The notes below the pieces were generated by a model. It saw only the letters and a list, made by a program, of their open reading frames with translations. It did not search any database and was not told the origin of the DNA. This document shows, piece after piece, positions 62,901 through 64,000 of a stretch of DNA of 64,000 bases. The stretch covers positions 186,001 to 250,000 of the forward strand of contig JALMLS010000370.1 in the NCBI GenBank assembly GCA_038496445.1, read 5' to 3'. Source of the stretch: Trichosphaerium sp. ATCC 40318. Taxonomy: Eukaryota; Protista; Tubulinea. The position numbers and the translations under genes were made by a program. The number at the start of each line of letters is the position of its first letter. Positions within the stretch are counted from its first letter, which is position 1.

Positions 62901-64000
62901 GATCCATCCATTTCTTGAGATGATCCAAGAACTTATCACCAAGCATAACATTGAAGCATTTCGTCAACAACTCCAAGAGTCTGCATAACCCTTGCAAGAG
63001 CGGAACAGTCAACTTGTTAGGCTCAGCGAGCTTGTATAGTATTGGTCGTAAGCTCTTTTGTAACAAATCCTTAGGCAGTTGATTTTGGTGTATAACTTGA
63101 TCCAATCCATTCTTTGCAACCATAACAATTTGTGAAGGTTGCAAAGTCAACGCTTTGAAGAAAATGCCAATAATACGGTGACGCAAGTTTCCAGGCTTTT
63201 TACCGTTTTCAGGTGAGCTTTGGGCAGGTGGAGGGTTCTCTGTAATGTGTTTAAACTCTTCTGTAGCCATAGCTGCAGCTAAAAGCTTTACAGCAGCACA
63301 ATGAAGGCTAACAGACTGCGCAGAACCTTCAAATAAAACCATAAGCACTAAAACAACAGAAGTATAGTATACGTACCCTCAGCAATACCAAGCGTAGCTT
63401 CTACTAACTCTAGCAGTTTTGGGGTGAATGATAGGATTGGTGGCCTGAGCCCAAGACAAAATGTGACTGCGTCAAGATGTCCGGTTTGAACTTCAGGTTT
63501 GAGGTATTGTAAAGGTTGTGAAAGGATTGATTGCATAAGAGACTCCTTGTACGGCTCGATAAGCTCTGGTATTTCCATCTTTGTCATATCTGCAAGGCTC
63601 TCAAGAGACTTGGTACAAGTACTTCTGACAACTTCACGTGGTGTTGATAAGTGCTGTGTTAAAATTTCAACAACAGCTCCGAGATTACGTTTGTTCTCAG
63701 CTTCTGTGCCGTCAGTTGTGGCATGACCTCCGTTGCAAATCTTAAGAATCTCAGCCAAGGTCTCTTGGGCTTCTTCTATTGTCGTTACAGACAATGAAGG
63801 AGATAAATCCTTTAATACATAAAGCAATGCTTTAACAGAAGCCAATTGATTACGCCTTAAAAAGAAAAGGTTAATCAAACTTACATAGGAAACAAACAAT
63901 AACCATACCTGACCCAAGCTGGACTCAGTGACTTGGATAGGTGCTTAATACCTAAGACACCACCAGCTTTAGAGTACCACTCACATTTATAGCAGCAGTA
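53982..64000 (-). CDS. TRRAP: TRRAP/Tra1 PIKK-family pseudokinase, partial (5' part outside window)
   Basis: HEAT region (LPKDLLQKSLRPIL, SSPYRKPLAKFLN, LIKFAWNHLKNED), FAT (WRERLPNPWDDINVW, IGYHESAW), PI3K-like (VPFRLS), FATC end NLASMDPTWNAFV*. Confidence 0.95.

Noticed and set aside
1-64000. Fragmented ORFs suggesting pseudogenes or an alternative genetic code
   Set aside because: Breaks coincide with GT..AG introns, and removing them restores conserved frames (ELP1, TRRAP, TilS) under the standard code.

Overview
Gene-dense, AT-rich eukaryotic nuclear DNA with many short (about 35-70 nt) spliceosomal introns. The gene families present suggest an amoeboid protist (inference). The ORF track is mostly exon fragments, so I rebuilt about 22 genes by eye by joining exons at GT-AG sites; boundaries are approximate. 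Recognisable genes: ELP1, partial TRRAP/Tra1, a DUF924-TilS fusion, a DH-PH RhoGEF, a gamma-glutamylcyclotransferase, a PARG-like enzyme, an ankyrin + PARP-like ADP-ribosyltransferase, a C2-Clu-TPR-LRR-HEAT protein, a CBM48 protein, an SRPBCC protein, a TPR protein and an ICE1-like protein. Most unusual: (1) one spliced gene (12589-17870) fusing a legumain/C13-like peptidase, a Cdc123/R2K-type ATP-grasp and a 2OG-Fe(II) oxygenase; (2) three paralogues of a Trp-rich repeat protein with a C-terminal Vsr/RAP-like nuclease domain, one truncated just where the nuclease begins; (3) about 59 copies of the palindrome CACGTG counted by eye in exons, introns and spacers; (4) a secreted Arg-rich peptide with mirror-symmetric cysteines. 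No rRNA, tRNA, CRISPR or clear transposon was seen.
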